Below, in pieces: positions 7,218 to 10,418 of a stretch of 10,418 bases of DNA. The notes under the pieces were generated by a model. It had not been told where the DNA came from, ran no database searches, and saw nothing but the letters and a program-made list of their open reading frames with translations. Each line of letters begins with the position of its first letter. Position 1 is the stretch's first letter. This DNA is from a virus (lineage: Duplodnaviria; Heunggongvirae; Uroviricota; Caudoviricetes). The stretch covers positions 64,001 to 74,418 of IMG/VR virus record IMGVR_UViG_3300047409_000308; one strand, 5' to 3'. Made by a program: the position numbers and the translations under genes.

Positions 7218-7493
7218 TCATCTACCAGCCCACTTGTGATTCCTCCTCGCTTTGCCAAAGGCAAGGTTCAATTTGCCAGAGGCAAGGTTCAATATTCTGT
7301 CGCCTATCCTGATTCCGGGCGCGCAGCCACACAGGACGATATGGCCCCGCCGGTTGTCCCCCAGGTGATAGTTTTTACCAGTGCGTGCAATCGCGTATTT
7401 GTAACCCGCACATTGGCTTGCCCGATACCATCCACAATCCATGTACATCACACCCCCTTTTTCAATAAAAGCATGGTTGGCAGATTTCCCCAT
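7218..7493 (-). CDS. Hypothetical basic Cys-containing protein (start uncertain, possibly MYMDC)
   Basis: Fills the gap in operon register; stop lies 3 nt before the next GTG; no recognisable domain. Confidence 0.45.
   Translation of the reverse strand: MGKSANHAFIEKGGVMYMDCGWYRASQCAGYKYAIARTGKNYHLGDNRRGHIVLCGCAPGIRIGDRILNLASGKLNLAFGKARRNHKWAGR
7251..7292. repeat. Tandem 21-bp duplication (TTTGCCA[A/G]AGGCAAGGTTCAA x2)
   Basis: 20 of 21 bases identical; encodes LNLASGK-LNLAFGK in frame. Confidence 0.9.
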
Positions 7494-7631
7494 GCGCTTT
7501 GTCCCCCATGCGGGAGGCGCATTGCCTGATAGGAGAAAAGCATGAAGTTATGTCAGCCTCACACTTTCCACCGGCCTCGGTGACACATCTGCCATGCAAT
7601 TCATCAACGCCGGTCTACCGCCAGATCAAAC

Positions 7632-8267
7632 TCATCCTTTGCTGACCACACCCATCAACTTCGCCCATTCCTCGTCTTGCTCGCGTTTAGGCTTGGCAGC
7701 CATTGCCCGCATCGCTCCTACCGCACTCGATGACACCGCATAGGCCGTGGCGGTGCCAGCGGCATTGGCCGCGTAGTTGGCGCTGGCAGCGTGCTGTAGG
7801 CCCAGGTTAAGGGCCTCGCTGAAGGCGTCCTGGTTTGCGCCGATGTACACGAAGCGCCAGCCAGAGACCTCCTTTTCCGCCGTCAATTTCACGATGTCCT
7901 GACGCCTATAGTCTTGCGATGCATTCTCCCCGCCGTCGGTGATGATGACGAACACCACCTGCGCGCCCGATTTTGCAGCCACCTCGCCCACCGTCTCGAT
8001 GGTATGGCCCAGGGCGTCGTACAGCGCGGTGCCACCGCCAGGGCGATAGCTCGCATCGGTCAGGGGGGCAATGTTGGCCAATGGCTCGGCCAGGTATTTG
8101 CGCTCCCACGCATTGTTGAATGTCACCAGGGTCATCGAACAGGACCCAGGCTGCTGTCTTTGTTCCTCCACCAAATCGTTGAAGCCATTGATTGCACTCG
8201 CTTTTGTCGATTCCATCGAGCCTGATGCATCCAGCACACAGACTATTTCTACATGCCCATTTTTCAT
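7632..8267 (-). CDS. Stand-alone von Willebrand factor A (vWA) domain protein
   Basis: MIDAS motifs VLDASGSM (DxSxS), GGTALYDA and IITDGGEN; AAGGAG RBS upstream. Confidence 0.9.
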   Translation of the reverse strand: MKNGHVEIVCVLDASGSMESTKASAINGFNDLVEEQRQQPGSCSMTLVTFNNAWERKYLAEPLANIAPLTDASYRPGGGTALYDALGHTIETVGEVAAKSGAQVVFVIITDGGENASQDYRRQDIVKLTAEKEVSGWRFVYIGANQDAFSEALNLGLQHAASANYAANAAGTATAYAVSSSAVGAMRAMAAKPKREQDEEWAKLMGVVSKG

Positions 8268-8330
8268 ATATTCTCCTTTTGCCCACTCTGGGGCATCAGT
8301 GATTCTCCTGAAAAAACCTTACGTTACTTC

Positions 8331-8358
8331 ATTTTCGCCTGAACAGGGGTTCAGTCTA
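8331..8358 (-). promoter_or_regulatory. Weak candidate promoter with a palindromic operator CTGAAC-N4-GTTCAG (8339-8354) in its spacer
   Basis: Minus strand TAGACT (8358-8353), 16 nt, GAAAAT (8336-8331). The 6+4+6 palindrome is perfect; the promoter match is only 4/6 plus 4/6. Confidence 0.45.
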
Positions 8359-8365
8359 TTGCCCC

Positions 8366-8395
8366 AAAAAAGGGCTGGTTTTAAGGCCAGCCCTT
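8366..8395 (-). terminator. Rho-independent terminator downstream of the LexA-like gene
   Basis: Minus strand AAGGGCTGG-ccttaaaa-CCAGCCC-TTTTTT. Confidence 0.8.
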
Positions 8396-8486
8396 GAAGG
8401 AGCCTCGCCGTATAGGGATACATGGCAGGCATAGGAGGGTCAAGGCATGACGGAAAGGGAGGAGAATCACCATGCCAAGGCCAGCA

Positions 8487-8717
8487 TCAGACTACACCCT
8501 TTGACTTGCCTTGCGCAACCAGTCTCACTGTCCTTGCCATGTTGTCCCTGACCTCAATCTTGCCCTCGTCCCGTAAACGGCCCAGGAGGTTGAAGATACT
8601 GCCCTTGGACCTCAAGCCTACCCCATGGCACATCTCGGCGTAGGAGGGGCTATAGCCGTGCCTTGCGATGAATCTGCGAACATATTCAAGCAACTCCACA
8701 TCCCGGTTCCTACGCAT
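8487..8717 (-). CDS. LexA-type winged-HTH DNA-binding domain only (no S24 peptidase domain), 76 aa
   Basis: LLEYVRRFIARHGYSPSYAEMCHGVGLRSKGSIFNLLGRLRDEGKI...ARTVRL follows the LexA N-terminal pattern; it ends before any Ala-Gly cleavage site or catalytic domain. Confidence 0.82.
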   Translation of the reverse strand: MRRNRDVELLEYVRRFIARHGYSPSYAEMCHGVGLRSKGSIFNLLGRLRDEGKIEVRDNMARTVRLVAQGKSKGVV

Positions 8718-8745
8718 TGACTCACCCTCTCACCTGCTCCACCCA

Positions 8746-9021
8746 CTACGGGTGCTTCGCCACCCAAGCCCCCACTACCGTCTGTGCCTTACCCATGACC
8801 CCCTTCAGCGCAGAGGGCAAACCATCAAACTCCGCATCGGTCATCAAGCGCAGGCCCAAATACTCAGCCGACTGCCGATAGAACACCAACTTGGCATGGC
8901 AATACAGGCACAGCGAGGCATCCCCCACCTCTGGCACCGCTTCACCACCCACCCAGGTTGCCGCATCGAGCTTGGCCTTGCATACCGGGCAAATGCAATG
9001 TTCAAGCCGCTCTTGTTTCAT
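8746..9021 (-). CDS. Hypothetical Zn-finger protein, 91 aa
   Basis: CPVC...CLYC pair. Confidence 0.75.
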   Translation of the reverse strand: MKQERLEHCICPVCKAKLDAATWVGGEAVPEVGDASLCLYCHAKLVFYRQSAEYLGLRLMTDAEFDGLPSALKGVMGKAQTVVGAWVAKHP

Positions 9022-9706
9022 GATTTTTCCATCGGTTCTTACCTCGATTCAACCACTTATCCTTAGTACTCTCATCTTTGTCCCCACTCGCCTGCGGCTC
9101 AGAGGATCGCTCCTTCGGGCGAAATACTCTCTCCGCCAGCGCATTCTCACTCGCCGTCCGCACCACCACATTGCCCTTGATGAATCCCTTGGCCCGGTCA
9201 ATGCGCCCCATCACGTAGCAGCCATTGCTGACCCCAATCTCATCGTAATGCCCTGAAATCCACCACAATTCCAGCCATTCCACCCGGTTCAACTCCAGCG
9301 CCACGCGGGCTACCTTGGCTGCCGTCCTGAACTGCATATACCGCCTCTGCGCCGTCCTCCCCTCCACCACCCCTCGCGCCTTCTCCAGTCGGTACAACTT
9401 CCGCCATAACCTCCAGTCCTCCACACTCAACCCAGCCTTGCGCGCCAATACTTCCACCCGCTTCGCCCGGTACTCAACCAACCACCCCTCCCGCCGCCTC
9501 TTGCCAGCCAAGTACAGCGGAGAATCTTTCCCGGTAATCCCCTCCCCTTTCAATATCTGCCTCACACGCTCCCTCGTCACCCCAAGCTTTTCACCTATCT
9601 GCCTTAAATTCATGCATTTACCAGCATAGTCTCCTCTTCCAGTGTACATCGCAACCATGCTGTCAGCTAGGTTCTTTCGCGCTAACTGTTTGATTAGACT
9701 TATCAT
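9002..9706 (-). CDS. Sigma70-region-4-like HTH fused to a degenerate HNH-like endonuclease domain (start may be ATG 9658)
   Basis: MNLRQIGEKLGVTRERVRQIL HTH; the C-terminal WLELW..SGH....YVMGRIDRAKGFIKGNVVVRTASEN resembles the DRID..KGY..GN motif of phage HNH-like homing endonucleases. Confidence 0.6.
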   Translation of the reverse strand: MISLIKQLARKNLADSMVAMYTGRGDYAGKCMNLRQIGEKLGVTRERVRQILKGEGITGKDSPLYLAGKRRREGWLVEYRAKRVEVLARKAGLSVEDWRLWRKLYRLEKARGVVEGRTAQRRYMQFRTAAKVARVALELNRVEWLELWWISGHYDEIGVSNGCYVMGRIDRAKGFIKGNVVVRTASENALAERVFRPKERSSEPQASGDKDESTKDKWLNRGKNRWKNHETRAA

Positions 9707-9914
9707 TTACTTTCCATCTGCTTGGATTGAAATGACACCCCCACACCACACTGCACAGTTCATACCCCCTCATGTATTCACAATGCACCCAGTCTCCAGC
9801 CATCATGATCTTGGCCTCATCACCAAATACCGGCTCGCTGTGCTTACAATTACCGCAAACCTCCATTCGGGCGAGGTCAGCGCTTTGCCTGACTTCAAGT
9901 TCTTGTTTTTCCAC
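9663..9914 (-). CDS. Hypothetical Cys-rich protein, 83 aa
   Basis: CGNC...C...C...C; first ORF after the consensus promoter; GTG start with no visible SD. Confidence 0.6.
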   Translation of the reverse strand: MEKQELEVRQSADLARMEVCGNCKHSEPVFGDEAKIMMAGDWVHCEYMRGYELCSVVWGCHFNPSRWKVNDKSNQTVSAKEPS

Positions 9915-9925
9915 GATTATAGACG

Positions 9926-9955
9926 ATTATATACTGAACATCAGTTCGTTGTCAA
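9926..9955 (-). promoter_or_regulatory. Perfect-consensus sigma70 promoter with a GAAC-N4-GTTC operator (9936-9947) in the spacer
   Basis: Minus strand TTGACA (9955-9950), ACGAACTGATGTTCAGTA (18 nt), TATAAT (9931-9926). Confidence 0.85.
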
Positions 9956-9959
9956 CTAG

Positions 9960-10418
9960 AGCGCAATGTTAAGCAAAAATCATACCCGACGAGGATTTTT
10001 CTGAAGTTGTTTTCAACAACTTTGCGCCCGAACCAAAACTGACTGTTGCCATCTGTAGCGTAGCGAGGACCGTAGCGCAGCGAAGGTCGGCGAGCGGAGC
10101 GGCAAATCAATACTGCATCCAATTAACTTATGGTTATATAGTATATATAAGTTGTTGTTAACATAGATATATCTTAACACTGTCCTATGCTAAGAATAGT
10201 GAGCACTTACATAAGTTGTTGTTTCGTATATAAATTTATGAAAAATGAATATCGTTCGTGTGAGTTAGCATTCGTCGCGCGGCAGGAGCCATCGCGCGGT
10301 GCAAGCGGGGGTGCCGGGTACGTGGGGTCTGTAGGGCCAGGGATGGCCCGTAGCACGCGCTACAGCGTGCATCAAGGCACGGTTGGCACCGTGCTATCAC
10401 CCGCTGCATCGGCCTCGC
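9960..10418. other. Gene-free cis-acting region (AT-rich repeat/palindrome block followed by GC-rich hairpin block); candidate origin, packaging or terminal region
   Basis: No ORF in the track; four AAGTTGTT motifs, several short palindromes, three GCGNAGC units and nested GC-rich stems. Confidence 0.55.

Larger units (their letters stand above)
1..10418 (-). mobile_element. Tailed dsDNA phage or prophage segment (packaging module plus upstream accessory and regulatory genes)
   Basis: Adjacent terminase large subunit and portal; tightly packed co-oriented small ORFs with coupled stops and starts; orphan-type MTase, HNH nucleases and a tRNA; no host housekeeping gene in the window. Confidence 0.95.

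Noticed and set aside
6177-7292. CRISPR array or DGR template/variable repeat pair
   Set aside because: Repeats occur only twice with no regular spacers; the pair is 28 bp with two mismatches, far shorter than DGR repeats, and no reverse transcriptase or Cas gene is present.
7494-7631. Hammerhead ribozyme or c-di-GMP riboswitch (TTGATGA and GAAA present)
   Set aside because: The order and spacing of core motifs do not fit either consensus.
8720-8745. CTCACC-like iterations upstream of the LexA-like gene
   Set aside because: Explained as overlapping SD-like GGTGAG/GAGGGTGA sequence in a G-rich coding strand; too short to be significant.
8331-9955. Alphaproteobacterial LexA box (GTTC-N7-GTTC)
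   Set aside because: The mini-LexA helix looks somewhat alpha-like (LRSKGSI), but neither operator has a second half-site at N7 spacing.
4088-9972. Plus-strand ORFs across the accessory region (e.g. 4850-5479, 6960-7529, 8668-9066)
   Set aside because: Each overlaps better-supported minus-strand genes or the tRNA and shows no recognisable domain.

Overview
The window is a tailed-phage or prophage segment in which every credible gene lies on the minus strand. In the direction of transcription (right to left) it begins with a ~460-bp gene-free region carrying repeats, palindromes and hairpins. A perfect TTGACA-N18-TATAAT promoter then precedes a Cys-rich ORF, an HTH plus HNH-like nuclease, a Zn-finger ORF and a stand-alone LexA-type DNA-binding domain, followed by an intrinsic terminator. 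An accessory block comes next: vWA protein, small ORF, macrodomain-like protein, XRE HTH, Ref-like HNH nuclease bracketed by 28-bp direct repeats, membrane protein, hypothetical, tRNA-Thr(CGT), N6-adenine methyltransferase and a coupled small PD-(D/E)xK nuclease. A further promoter precedes terminase large subunit and a P22-like portal. The most notable signal is that each of the three predicted promoters carries a LexA/SOS-box-like dyad: GAAC-N4-GTTC at two, and CTGT-N8-ACAG directly upstream of terL. The same window encodes a LexA DNA-binding domain with no peptidase domain. All protein calls come from motif recognition by eye; no database searches were run.
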